Source of the DNA: Stegostoma tigrinum
Taxonomy: Eukaryota
DNA: 64,000 nucleotides
Reading direction: 5' to 3'
Assembly: GCF_030684315.1 (NCBI RefSeq)
Contig: NC_081396.1
Location: forward strand, 372,001 to 436,000
Shown here: one piece after another, positions 22,130 to 35,460 of the stretch
Layout: every line of letters begins with the position of its first letter
Numbering within the stretch: position 1 is the first letter of the stretch
Translations under genes and position numbers: made by a program
Notes under the pieces: generated by a model
The model's database searches: none
Seen by the model: the letters and a program-made list of their open reading frames with translations, nothing else
What the model was told of the DNA's origin: nothing

Positions 22130-23699
22130 GAGGATCCAGGCTCAGGCTTGATGACGGATATGTGAGAATTGTTGAACGTTCCGGAGATTTCTTCAAATGT
22201 GTTTGAAAGCCAGAGACTATTCCCCCATAGGCTTTCCTCAGGAGATTAAAGGGAGTAAATAAATTTGGAGGTCAGGATACTGTGTCCATAAAATGTGGAA
22301 GGATATTAAATGGGTGGTAATCCCAGGACGGTGTGGATTGTAAATGGGCTGTGAATGACGCAGATTCATAGGTCAGCTGAAGAATGATTTACTTTTTCTT
22401 GATCACAAGGTGAATTCATTTTGTTGTTCATCAGGTAAACACCACCTTCAATCTGAGACAAACTCCCGTTTACTTGTAAACTCACTTAATATCTTTGTTT
22501 AAAATCATGACAGAGTTCCTCAAATTTAGTGTGAAAATTTTCCACTTTAGAGATAGTCTGTGCTGTTTCTGTCCGAGGGACAGATTATTCTCTACTCATA
22601 CAAGGAGACTCATTTTTGAGCCTCTTTTCCTTTCACACTTTTAGTCCTGTTGGTCTGATCTTTTTTGGGTAAATACAAGAATCAATCATTGGTGTTGGTC
22701 ACTAAGTAGAAGCATATTTCCATATGTAAAACACTGTGCTTATTCTTTTTAGTAACTCTGTTCTCTCTGGGAGGCCCCCTGTTCAGTTTCTGTGATGCCG
22801 CCAACTCTCACAGGAAATGTCAGGAGAAGGAAATAGACATGAGGTTGTTGCTAAGTTTCACACGTCTGACAGCCATGAATGAAAATATCAGACCTGTTTC
22901 TTATAACTGTGCACACTGCACACTGTGAGATGCTGTTCAAATACAAAAGAAAATCGGAACTGGAGTATATCATTCAGCCCCTTGATTACTCACAAGTAGG
23001 TCATGGCTGAGGTGTACCTACCGGTCTCGGTTCTAGATCCTTTGATGCTTCTTTCAGAAAATTGCTGTCAATCTCAGTGCTGAACTTTTTACATCATTCT
23101 CCAGTCTCATCTGCATCTCAGGGAAGATCATTTCTGAAGAAGGGTCTAGGCCTGAGATGTCAGCCTTCCTGCTGCTCTGATGGTGCTTGGCCTGCTGTGT
23201 TCATCCAGCTCTACACCTTGTTATCTCAGCTTCTCACGGAAGACAGTTTGAGATTTTCACCAACCTTTGTGTCAGAAAATACTTCTTGACAGCGCCCCTG
23301 AATGCCTGGCTTAAATTTTAACGATCTGCTCCCCCACCTCCACCAGATAAATTATTTCTGTGTGTTTATACTCTTTAGTCTTTAATCAGCTTGAACTTCT
23401 CAATTACATCACTCTTCAATCTTCTAAATGCCACATTTGAGGCAAGACAAGTCAAAACAATATAAATGTTGTCTTGTTGTAACCTTTTTAAGCTGGTATC
23501 ATACTGGTAAATCTTCACAGCGCCTTCACCATGGTCAATACAGCCTTCCTGGGCTTCAGTCCCGGTATGAGTGACATTCTCCTCAAGTGATGGAACCAGA
23601 CATCTGTTCAACTCCATCATCATTTCCCCCGATTTCTATTCCAATATCCAACAACAATTGCTGGACATTGAGAGATTCTGTTAAAACGTGTTTAATAGA

Positions 23700-23960
23700 T
23701 GTATTAGAACTGAAACTTGGCAGTTGTCTCTCACATGAAGCAAATTTTCTGCCTACACTGTCACATCCTACAGGGCTGGTCACTCTACCTGTGGAATATT
23801 TGCTTCAATAATCTTTATGATTGATGCAAATGACAAACTCTGACTGTGACCGGGGTACACTGTCCCTCCTCAATGTGTCGGCAGCCTTTCACACAATTGA
23901 TCACCACCATCCTCTTCCAGTGTCCAGCAGAATGGGACTGTCCTCGTCGGTTCCACACTT
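23700..23960 (+). mobile_element. L2-type LINE RT remnant
   Basis: TLSLLNVSAAFHTIDH resembles LLDLSAAFDTVDH. Confidence 0.55.
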
Positions 23961-24759
23961 ATCTGCCCACTCATTGCCAGAGAATTTCTAAATATTATTT
24001 CAAGGGAGATGGGTGTCACAGGCAAAGGCCGCATTTGTTCCCATCCCTAATTCCTGGGAATCGATGTCTCGCTGGACCAGTTCAGAGGGCAGTTATGTGT
24101 CAGTTATATCACTGTGGGTTTGAAGTCACAAAGCAGAAACTGTCAGAACATTTGAGAAATATTTCAACGTGCACTCGTTGTGCCAGGCTAAGGCTGTGGG
24201 CCAAGTCCTGGAAAAGTAGATGAGCACAGTTAGGTGGATGTCCTGATTGGATGTGATGGGCCAAAGGGGTTTTCCTGTGCTGTAGGTCTCTCTGACTCTG
24301 TGACATCCTGGACCCAACCAGGCAAAGATTACAGATTTCTTTCTGTTAGATTTTTACAACAATCACTGACAGTTTCATGGTCAGCATTACAGAGACTAGC
24401 TTCAATAACAGGTTTCCTAATTGTATTCAGATTCCATCAGTTACCATGGTCGGACAGAGTGACATGTCAGCTGGTCATCCTTTGGCACAGTATCCTCTGT
24501 ACCGTGCATATTCTTCAGCAGATTCTGTGCCTCTCTAATTTCATTCAGTCACTGAGTATGACAGAGAGAATTGTGTCTCTTTTTCTTGTAATCCGAGCTG
24601 ACGGAAGTTTGGGTCAGTCAGATCCAAGCATGGAATCTGACCTTATAGTTCAGCATTTGATTTTGTTTGTTTGGTTAATGTGGTGGTTAGTTATTGAAAC
24701 ATATTGACGTGAGGCTGCAGATTTTCTTCAATAACAGATCAGACATTTATTGCACAGAA

Positions 24760-25100
24760 GGGGAGGCAATGGCTGAGTGGTATTATCACGATACTGTTAA
24801 TCCAGAGACCCAGGCAATGTCCTGGTGACTTGGATTTGGATCTCACCATGGCAAATGCTGCAATTTGAATTCAATAAATATCTGTAATAAGAATCTAATG
24901 ATGACCATGAATCCATTGTCAGAAAAAACACATCTGGTTCACAAATGACGTTTCGGGAAGGAACCTGCCATTCTTAACTGGTCTGGCCGCTGTATCCCAG
25001 ACCCATAGCAATGTGGCTGACTCATGACCACCCTTTGGCCCATTAGAGACATTTCATAAATGCTGCCCTCGCCAGTAATGACCTCATCCTGTCAACGAAA
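24760..25100 (+). mobile_element. tRNA-derived SINE
   Basis: Same family as the 5068-5413 element (taatccagagaccca...catctggttcac...tggtctggcc...gcaatgtgg). Confidence 0.8.
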
Positions 25101-25249
25101 AAACAAAAAGATGAAATTCAGAAAAATCAAACTAACTACACACAGAAGGCAATTAAAATGATTCTACAAAGCACAATACAACAAAGTTTCAGCCTGTTTC
25201 CAACATCTCTGGTCGAGACTCAAGTCCAGAGAAATTACACTGCTGTTCC

Positions 25250-26450
25250 AGCTCTTCAGGGTTTGACTAAACTAACTTCTGATAGTTTGTTACGTAGCAG
25301 TGGGCTATCGAGACAGTTCGATCAGTCCTTTCCAATTCTGCTGACATGAACTTTTCACAAACCTGAAAGTTTCACCTTTCTCAGTTTGCCCCTCCAGATG
25401 GCAGACCAAACACTCCTGGGCTGGACAGTTTGTAAACTAAATCTTTCTACTGCAAGAATTTGCTCCCTGAACTAACCTCATACTTTCTGAGAGAGCAACA
25501 AAACTTGCTTCTGCATTTAATTCCAGTGCTTTATCAGTAGATTAAAAAGTAATGTTCCTCCTGGATTTCTCAGATCAATGAACAAATCTCATGGCCTTGC
25601 ATATTTCCCTCACCTGTCACAAGCATGACAGTGTAAACATCTTGCATTAACAGTACAGGGATCTGCTTCATCCGCTTTCTGACCAAATACTGGTTCTAAT
25701 CACTGTGCTAAAAGGTCTGTCTGACCTTATTTTTAAAGAAAGCTTTTCACTCTGGTAACCAACATCCATTTGCTTCCAATGTGAACTCTGAATTCTAAAA
25801 GTTATGTTTCAGTGAAAATTGCAGTGTTTTGTCACGCTGAGAAAGTAAAGATTTCTGCATCTTCAACAAGGGCTATTGCGTCTTGATCAGGCCTTGCCTC
25901 AGGGATCAGGGACACAGCATTTACAGTAGCATGCTGTTTTCCCAATAAACCCATCCTAGTCACTATTCTCAGTCAGAATTGTTGTTCTCACAATGAAATT
26001 TGTGCAAACATATAATTTCAGGGACTCCGTGAGGGTTTGTGGCCAGTCTCTATCTTGAAATGGAGATACATACTCTGTGAATGGCCGTGTCACAGCCCAT
26101 CATTCTTCCTTGATCATTTTTTCTGTTTCCTCAGGCTTTTCCGGTCATCTTGATGGTCTGGGCTTTCCTTCTCTCGGCATCTAAAATAACAGACACCCCA
26201 CACTTGTGGAAGATGCACCTGTTTCATTGACAGTGAATAGTTCTGGGTTTTGACGCTGAAACTGTTTTTGATCACCAGCTTATTGGTTTTGTGCGGGTGA
26301 AGCAATCCCATGCTTAACTTCCGCCTTTATCTTTGCCAGGAGAGGATGAGGTTTTGTTCTGGATGTAAACAGCCAGACTAACTTTTTTCTGCATGTGGAA
26401 TTACATGATATGTTGCCTTCCTTTTCCCTCGCCCACTGACGAGAACTGGA
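25250..26450 (-). mobile_element. Gypsy LTR-retrotransposon pol remnant (RNase H/integrase)
   Basis: Frameshifted motifs GASSTSVG (TDAS-like), FKIETGHKP (ETDHKPL-like) and GKQHATVNAVS (GK..TADALS-like). Confidence 0.6.
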
Positions 26451-27129
26451 TGTTCATCTCTGGATTTTACACTCTAATATGAACAGACAAGCAGATGAAT
26501 TAGGAATAGGAATAGGCTAAACAGCCACTCAAGCCTGCTCCACTATTGAGTAATTTTATGGCTGATTTAATTGTGATATCAAATTCACATTCCCGTCTCA
26601 CTCTATCAACCTTTGACTCCCTCGTTTGTCAAGATCAATCCACCTCCACCTTAAAACTGCTCGATGGTCTTCTTGGGTTTCATCTCCCTCTGCTCTGCAA
26701 ATCAGATGTAAGTCAGTTCAGCCTCCACTGTTTCTGAGTGAACATCACCAGTTCTGTGTCACATGTGACAGCTTCTGTGAGACTTCTGTCATGATACTGG
26801 AAGGTTGCACTCAATTCACTCATGAGCTTGTGCTTTGTACATCCTGACTGACCTGTGTAGTTATTTGAATGATGCCTGGCCAGAATTTTCCCTGACCGCA
26901 GTTGAAAATCAGAAAGAACTAAAACTACTCCAATTGTATCAAACTCTTAACACAGAATTAAGCAAAGGAGGACCAAGAAACTGAGAAAGAGAACATAGGA
27001 TATGAGTATACAATAGCAAGGAACGTAACAAAGGGTGGAAGCGTTTCTATACGTTAGTAAAGTGGAAAACATTATCAAAGACAAATGTAGGTCCATTGTA
27101 GGCAGAGACAAGAGAATCTGTAATAGCAG

Positions 27130-27560
27130 ATATATGATAGCAACTGCTCTTCTCAAAACCACAGAAATCTACAGACACTTCATCACCAAAACAAGCCTTC
27201 AGTCCATTGATCCATCCATACTTCCCACTGCCTTGGGAAAGCAACCAACATCATCAAAGACCCCTTTCACCCCAGTTATACTAACTTCCAACTTCTTTTG
27301 TGGGGCAGAAGATAGAAAAGTTGGAGCACAAGGACGATCAGATTCAACAACAGCTTCTTCCCCACTGTTACTGGACGTTTGAACAGGCCTCTCAAAAGCT
27401 AATGTTGATCTCTCTCTTTGCACTTTCTCTGCTGCTGTATCACTGCATTCAGCACTCTATTCTGTGGCCCTGATGCACTTTGTATCTTTCGATCCAGCTG
27501 TAGAGCAAGCAAAACAACACATTTAACTGTATCTCCATACGTGACAACAATAAACCAAAT
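27130..27560 (+). mobile_element. Rex1/Babar LINE 3' end
   Basis: CLGKATNIIKDPFHP...LLWGRR...RFNNSFFPTV matches the Rex1 C-terminus. Confidence 0.75.
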
Positions 27561-27684
27561 CAATACAGAGACATGGCAGAGAAACTAAATAAGGATTCAT
27601 AGATCAAAACACAAGCATGTCCCTGCAGTGAATAATATCCAAGGATCTAGTGGTTCGTGTGGGACACAAAGAGATTAGTAAGAC

Positions 27685-28280
27685 CATCGAGTCATTTGGC
27701 ATGGAAAAGACCCTTCGGTCCAACTCATCGATGTTGACCAGATATCCTAAATTAATCTATTCCCAGTTGCTCGTATTTGGCTCATATCCCTATAAACCCT
27801 CCTTATTCATGTACCCATCCACATACCTTTTAAATATTGTCATTGTACCCCTTCCACCACTTCCCTGGCAGCTCGTTCCTTACACACATCACCCTCTGCA
27901 TGAAAATTTGCCACTCATATCCCTTTTAAATGGTTCCCCTCTCACCTTAAACCTATGCTTTTTTGTTTTGGACTCCCCAACCCTGGGAAAAAAGACCTTA
28001 AGAATTCATCTTATTCATGCCACTAATGATTTTATAAACACTTGTAAGGTGTCATGCTCCAGGGAAAAAAGCCCAAACCAATTCAGAATCTCCCTATCGC
28101 TCAAACCCTCCAATCCCAGCAGCATTCTTGTCAATTCTTTCTGAACTCTTTCACGTTTCATCACATCCTTCCAATAGCAGGGAGGCCAGTAATGAATGAA
28201 GTGTTCTGAATGTGGCCTCACCAACGTCCTGTACAACTGCAACATGTTGTCCCAATTCCTATGCTCAACGCACTGACTAA
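27685..28280 (-). mobile_element. CR1 LINE 3' fragment
   Basis: MLQLYRTLVRPH...ERVQKELTRMLLGLEGLS. Confidence 0.85.
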
Positions 28281-30399
28281 GAACTCCATAAGGCAGTGAT
28301 GCAGAAATAGGCCATTCAGCCCATTGAGTGCTCCACTATTCCCATGAGATCATGACGAATCTGATCACGCTCAACTCCACTTTCCTGCCTTTTCCCCAAG
28401 ATACTCAATTTTTGTACTGGTCAAACATCTATCTCAGCCTTAAAGATACTTAATGACCCAGCCTCAACAGTCCTGTGTGGTCAAGAAATACTGAGATTCA
28501 ATATTGTCTGAGAGAAGAAATTCCTCCTCATCTCTGTCTTAAATAACTGAACCTTCATATGAAATGTAGGATTAATAAAACATCCGCGATCTCACTCGAT
28601 GGCAGAGGAGACTTGATGTGCTGAATGGTTTACTTCTGCTGTTACATCTTATGGAGATTATGCCCTGTCATCCTAGAATATCCTACAAGTAAAAACAGCC
28701 TCCTGCATCTATCTTCTCAGGTCCTCTAAGACTTCTGTGTGTTTCAATCAGGTCATCCCCCTCATTCTTTTAAATTCCTATGTGTACAAGCACAACCTAG
28801 TCAACCTCTCCTCATCAGACAGATCCTCCCCATACCCAGACTAAGTCCAATGAGACTTCTCTGGCTTCCAGTGGAACCTGGGGTCTTACCTCAGAATAAA
28901 ACGCCAGCTTTTTCGGACTGAGAGGAGGAGGAATCTATTCACATAGTGGGTATGAATCTTTGGAATTCTCTTCCCCAAAGGCTGTGACAAATCAGTCATT
29001 AATTCAGTTCCAGAGAGAGATTGATGGGTTCCTAGTTACAAAGGTCATGAAGGGATAAGGGGACACAAGGGGAATGTGGCAGTGAGGTAAATGATCAGCC
29101 ATGATCCAGAAAGACAAAACAAGCTCAAGGAGCTGAACAGCCTGCTCTTGTGCCAATTTCACAATTAACATTACAGGCCATTCCTCTTTGAATGACACGC
29201 TTCTCTCTGATGGAAACTGCACACTCTTCCTGATGTGCTGAATGGTTCTGTCTTTCCGCCATTCTGAGTCACACAACACCTTATTAATCTGAAACAGCAG
29301 AAGACCTTTTTTTTTAACTTTTATCTCTGTTTCAGATGCACTACCCTGTTCACCTCAGGTGCTTTAATGACCTAATTCAGAAGAATATAAATTAAACACC
29401 AGACAACACAATGCAACTCATAGGGCTCAAAAATGAAACTAAAAGGATGTCCTTTCCTTCTGAATACCAATACACTTCAAACATAAAGCTGTATATGTTC
29501 TATCCAGTCTCGGGCCCAGGCTTCCAAACTACACGAACAATTTTGTTTTTGTTTATTCTTCGTATGTGGGAGCCACTGACAAGGCCAGTGTTTCTTGCCT
29601 ATCCTGACTTGTCCAGAACACAGTCAAGGGCCATCTAGAATGCTGTAGATCAGGAATTATGTGTAGACCACACCAGGTGAGGATGGTAGATTTCCGTCCC
29701 AAAAGGAACCAGATGGGTTTTTATGATAATCATTGCACGGTCACCATTAGGCCAGATTTTTATTCCAGATTTATATTGAATTCACCATCTGCCACAATAG
29801 GATTCAAACTCATGTCCGCAGAACATGAGCCTGAAGTTCTGGGTTTGGAGTCCACTGACATTACCATGACAGCACTCTTCTTTATATATCATGACCTTCA
29901 TCACAATATCAAGTGAAGAACTGAATCGACCACTCTCACTATATTAACAGTAATTGTTCTCAAGGGAACAGTTTTTGGGAACTGTAGAACCATATATATC
30001 CACAGGAGTAAGGATATGCTGGTGGCCTGCCTTGGTTTTCAGTGAAGATCTCACATAGTCCACTAACACCCTGCCTTAAAACCTGGAATGACAGTTAGAG
30101 GGTTACAGTTTGAGTGCAGATTGCGGTATTCCAATGATCTGGCTTATGTGGTTGTTTTACAAAACTGTATTACATCCCTGTGAAGACCTGGCAAGGAAAA
30201 GGGTTGCCTTACACATTCTTATTATACATCAAGGATAAATTCTTTGACCTTTTCCTGTAACTGCTCCATCTCCTTAACCTCACCGAGCTTTCAGTGATGA
30301 CGAGAGAAGCTGCTACTTCTATCTAGGCCAAATCACCCCCAGGAATCGGTCAACTCCGAATACAGGCCTAGCATGGGCTGCACCTGCCGATACCTAGAG

Positions 30400-30555
30400 A
30401 CAAATGTGGACTATGTTACTTCTGTCTCCAGGAAACAGTGGACTACACCGACCTCTGTCTACAGGCAGACTACAGACTGTATCTACCTCTGTCTCCAGGT
30501 GAACTATGGACTATGCATACTCTGTCTACAGACAAGCTATAGACTGTGCCTACAG
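30400..30555. repeat. Degenerate ~33-bp minisatellite, ~4.5 copies
   Basis: Repeating unit ...ggacta...tctgtct(c/a)cagg.... Confidence 0.8.
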
Positions 30556-30629
30556 TTACCGGCCCAGACATTAGATCACAATCCAGGTGCACCTGATAGC
30601 AATGTCAGCTTGTCGCCAAGCTGCTCGAA

Positions 30630-33626
30630 CATGTCATAACACATCTTTGGAACCTGCAGGAATTGAATGTAGATTTCCTGGCCCAGAGATCTACTTTCTC
30701 AAAAGTGAGCTCGTATATACCTTGTCAATACCATTTATTAAAACTTTGGCATCCAGTGAACTCTTTGATGGAAATGTTATACTGTTCACTGGTACAAGAG
30801 GTTGAATGGCTCCTGTCTTCCCCAGTGTGGCTGCATTTTCAACTTCCTCATGTAAGGAATATGGAGTTCCTTTTTAGTTTGACAAGAAATGCAATTTAAC
30901 TCTCAGGTGTACGTTGTATCTGGCCTTTCAGCCACAATCAGAGCTACAACCTGGCCTGTAGTACACTCAGCCAGGGCTCTATACTTTGCATCGATTTTGT
31001 GGACCACTATAAATCCCATTGATTTACCCCACAACTTGCAGATATTTTCACGAGGATGTTCCACCTTCCAACAATGGAAAATGGGATATCATTTCCACCC
31101 CGAGCACCTTTCCTCCTGGACTGAGGAAATGTTTCTGAGAGATTCCCAGCTGACCGTCCTTGTCCCATGCTAATTGTCTTCCTTTTGTCCTTCCACATTC
31201 AGTCCTCCTCCTCAGATTTGTGATATTTACAGGAAAGATATTATTTAATTTGTGGACCATATGGAACTGTCAATCATTCGAGGAGTGAAAAAAAAACAGT
31301 GAAAGTTACAAATGATGTATACTGGTCTGACTTGTTTTGTTTCATTCAGAACAGTGCTCCAATACTACCAGTACATTCGTTTCCAAAACTTCCTACTTTT
31401 TTCAATCTGGATTTTTCCTCTTAGATCTCAGTTGCCTCTCTGGTTTTGCAATTATCTGATTCTCGATGTGAGGAGAAAGAGAGTAAATAATTAAGGAATT
31501 AGGAATTCTCAAGGAATTATTTCCAAAGAGTCTCCTAGATCATCTCCAACTTTAATGTCTGCATCCAAGGACCAAAATTAGTTTTCTTTACCCTCTCAAA
31601 TTCTCCATAAGCCTGCATAGACTGCTTCTGGATATTATGAAATATCTGCCTGTGAGCCTCAGAGACAAAGTCTTGTGTTAAAAGTTGTCATTTTTGTCAC
31701 CTCGACATCTATAGAACCCGCCTCAGGAAGCAAGGTGAAAGCCACATGAGTTCTTCCGATCAGTCTGCTTTACACAAGCAATGCCCAGTTATCTGTTGGC
31801 CTCCTCGTCTGTTTGGCTGTGTTTTCAAAAAAAATCAAAAATGCTTCTATATCCCTTTCATCAAAATTCAGAAAGGCTTTCCCAAATTGATAAACTTTCC
31901 CACTTACTCTTGGGTTAAATGTAGATGCTTCCCCACTGGAAAGCTCGTCAGAGTCTCAGCGTCCTCCTTCTCCATTTCAGCTTTAAAACTCATATGCCCT
32001 TTTGCTTTCTCCTGCCTCGCCTCTGTTTCACTGTTCAATTCTCTTTAATTTTTGTTCTCCTGCATTAGGATTCCAACAACAAGACAATTCAATATAGCAC
32101 AGGAACAGGCCTCTCAGCCCACCCAGCCCACATTGATTCTAGTCCTCATTTAGACCCACTACTCATTGCCCATGTGCAGTTTCTATCCCGCTGTTCGCCT
32201 CCCATTCATGTGTCCATCAAAATAGACCTTAACTGTTGCTAACATGCACACAATATTGCAGAAACCTCACTAAACCAGTAGCCTAATTAAAGTTTTGTAC
32301 AGCTGTAACATACAAACTTTCATATTCACTGTGGACAAACAGGAAACTGGAAGAACACAGCAAGCCAGGTCGCATCTGGATGAAAGGAGATGTCAACATT
32401 TTGGGTGGGGCCCTTCTTGAGGACAGTGAAAGCAAGGTTGCTGTATGCCTTCCTGACCACCTTATCCACCTGTGTTACCATTTTCAGGCATCTGTAGACT
32501 TATAAACTCAGATCCCTCTGAATGTCAATGCTCCAGTTTCAATTGTCTTTAACTCTTTCTTTCCCTTTCTTCTCTCTGAAGTGCTCATTCTTTGTTTTCT
32601 CTTCATTTTCCTTTTCCCTCACTGGAAGCTTGAGAGTTCCCATTTCATTTTCATGTTCAAGTGCTCCATCAGCAACTAAAGTCTCAATAATTCAATTCAC
32701 TTAACAGTTGTATTAACTTGCCTCTTTGCCAGTTTCAAATGTTGTGCTATTACCTCAATTATGTCTGCTTTCCAGGTAGAGACATTTCATCCTCACTTCA
32801 ACTTCTCTGCCAATTCCAACAGCTGAGCCCTGGTTATTTCTTGTCTCCCACTCAGGGGTTAAATGCCCATCTCAAGAAAGGTTTTCAGAACTGCCAAAGT
32901 CACTCATCCTTTTGCAGTTTTTATTCCCTTCCTTCCAATTACATGTTTGTGGCATCAGGTATCCCACGGTGACTCTTATGTTATGACTGCGATGAGAAAC
33001 GTGCACTGTCTTTCTCTTGTCCCACTTCTCCATGGTTTACAACGTAAATTTACCTGATTCATCCAGCTCCCAATATGAGCACTTGTATACTTTCTATACA
33101 TTACACATTGAACAAAAAGATCCATCCATTCACCAAGTGTTCTTCAATAAACTCAAAAGTTGAGTCCAGCTGAAACAGACACATTTGGTTAAAACTTGTC
33201 ATCTGGCACTCATCAGGACTATTCACAAGAGAGACCAAAATAAAGAGAAATAACATTGATACTGTATGAGAGGAGGACTCCGAGTGATTGGCAAACAAAC
33301 CCTGATTGGTAGAGGTGTCGCTTTGGAGAGTGCAACATTTATTAAGGACAGACAGTTAACTGCCAACATTTGTTCAAAGATTGAAACAGGCAGGTTAACT
33401 CTGGTCTGGTACGATGCTCGAATTATTGATGTGCTGATACAGAATATTTGCAATCTGCTCAGTTAAGAGAAACATTAACCTCATTGAACCACCTTTGAAT
33501 TTGGAAAAGGGCATTTAGAAAATTTTAAATTGATTCAGTTTGGTTGAGCTCACCAGATTAAGGGTCTCAAATAAACCCCTTCAAAAAATGGCATTCAAAT
33601 GCTTCGCGTTTGACAGAGATATAACA
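30630..33626 (-). mobile_element. Truncated Gmr1-type Gypsy element: 5' LTR (33626-32979) plus decayed SCAN-related gag
   Basis: LTR termini TGTTAT...ATAACA. Gag motifs RAQLLELAEKL, NFDERDIEAFLIFFENTAK...WALLV, EAHRQIF and a decayed zinc knuckle FHCWKVEH. Interrupted by CR1/Penelope pieces at ~32085-32520. Confidence 0.75.
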
Positions 33627-33749
33627 TCAGGAAAATCAAGAATATTGAGTTGATGAATCATATTCAATTTTATGAAGTCCTGAAGGGTGGAATGGCCTCT
33701 TCCTCCTCCATGTGCCATTCACGGATTCTCACTCACAGCCATGAACATT

Positions 33750-33914
33750 CACACTCTCTCACAAACATACACACTCTCACACATGTATCCAGTCTTTCTC
33801 TCAAACTTCCTCTTTCTCACACTCACTCACGCTCTCTCACATACACTCTCTATTTCTCACTCCCAAACACACATGCTTTCCATTTCTCTCTCACGCACAT
33901 TCACCCTTTCTGCC

Positions 33915-33960
<46 letters not shown>

Positions 33961-34030
33961 ACTCTCAAACACCACCTCCCCCACCCCGCAGACAAATCCA
34001 ACACACACTCACATACACTTAGTCGCACAT
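33750..34030. repeat. (CT)n/(CA)n compound microsatellite and low-complexity tract
   Basis: Visible dinucleotide runs, purest at ~33914-33962. Confidence 0.9.
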
Positions 34031-34196
34031 ACACGTCAGCTATTGTATCACTAAATGCTTGTATCACCACAGAAAGCTCTCCCAAACATCATCTCCTCTC
34101 ATTCTCCAACAATAAAGAGCAGCTCACCACTAACTTTCCTCATTGTTGGATGTGTCATTGTGTGTAAGTGAGGGTGCTTTTGACTTCGGCTATAGT

Positions 34197-34481
34197 NNNN
34201 NNNNNNNNNNNNNNNNNNNNNNNNNNNNNNNNNNNNNNNNNNNNNNNNNNNNNNNNNNNNNNNNNNNNNNNNNNNNNNNNNNNNNNNNNNNNNNNNNNNN
34301 NNNNNNNNNNNNNNNNNNNNNNNNNNNNNNNNNNNNNNNNNNNNNNNNNNNNNNNNNNNNNNNNNNNNNNNNNNNNNNNNNNNNNNNNNNNNNNNNNNNN
34401 NNNNNNNNNNNNNNNNNNNNNNNNNNNNNNNNNNNNNNNNNNNNNNNNNNNNNNNNNNNNNNNNNNNNNNNNNNNNNNNNN
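34197..34481. other. Assembly gap (285 N)
   Basis: Run of N. Confidence 1.
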
Positions 34482-34542
34482 TATGCATGTCTGTCTGACT
34501 GTGTGTGTGTGCGCACGTGTGTGTGTGAACTCTCACTGTTTG

Positions 34543-35265
34543 AACATAGAACACAGAACAGTAAAACACAGCACAGGGCCTTCGGCCCACCACGTTGTGC
34601 CAACCTATTATCCTACTAAGATCAAACTACCCTGCATCCCCTACATTTTACTATCCTCCATGTGCCTATCCAAGGGTCGCATAAAAGTCTCTGAAGTATC
34701 TGACATCACTGCCATTGCCGACAGCAAGTTCCAAACGCCCACCACTCTGTGTGAAGAACCTACCTCTGACATTTCCCCTATACCTTTCTCCAATCACCTT
34801 AAAATTATTCCCCCTCATAATAGTCATTTCCACCCTGGGAAAAAGTCTCCAACTATCCACTCTATCGATGCCTCTCAACATCTTGTACACCTCTATCAAG
34901 TCACCTCACATCCTTCTTTGTTCCAATGAGAAAAGCCATAACTCTCTCAAACTTTCTTCATAAGACCTGCCCTCCAATCCAGGCAGCATCCTGGTAAATC
35001 TCCTCTGCACCCTCTCTAAAACTTCCATCTCTTTCCTACAATGAGGTCACGAGAACTGAACACAGTTTTCCAAGTGTGATCTAAACAGAGTTTTATACAG
35101 CTGCAACATAACCTCACGGCTCTTCAACTCAATTCCCCTGCCAATGAAAGCCAACACACGTGGACCCCAAGATCCGTCTGTTCCAACATACTGCCACGAA
35201 TCCTGCCATTAACCCTGTATTCTGCACTCAAATTTGACATTCCAAAATGAGTCACTTCACACGTT
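34543..35265 (-). mobile_element. CR1 LINE 3' fragment
   Basis: IEVYKMLRGIDRVDS..LFPRV...RGNNFKVIG...RGRFFTQ plus the typical 3' tail. Confidence 0.9.
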
Positions 35266-35299
35266 TTGACATAGGCTCAACTTTTTTTACTTTGTGTTG

Positions 35300-35460
35300 G
35301 TTTATGTACTGAATAACAAATACCCGGGAATGAGTAACAGGGAGGAATCTAATCGAGGAATTCTAGGGTGGTTTATATACAGAGTAACAGGTAGCCAGGA
35401 GTGAGTTTCAGGCAGAAATCTAATCGAGGTAGTTGTGGGTTTATATTCAGAGTGAACAAT
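35300..35460. repeat. Two units of a ~70-bp satellite
   Basis: Repeated ...aatctaatcgagg...ggtttatat..agagt.... Confidence 0.7.

Noticed and set aside
30400-30555. CRISPR-like periodic array
   Set aside because: Vertebrate DNA; the units are degenerate tandem copies with no unique spacers.
33650-34929. Long ORFs of 111-253 aa
   Set aside because: Artefacts of microsatellite translation and the N gap.
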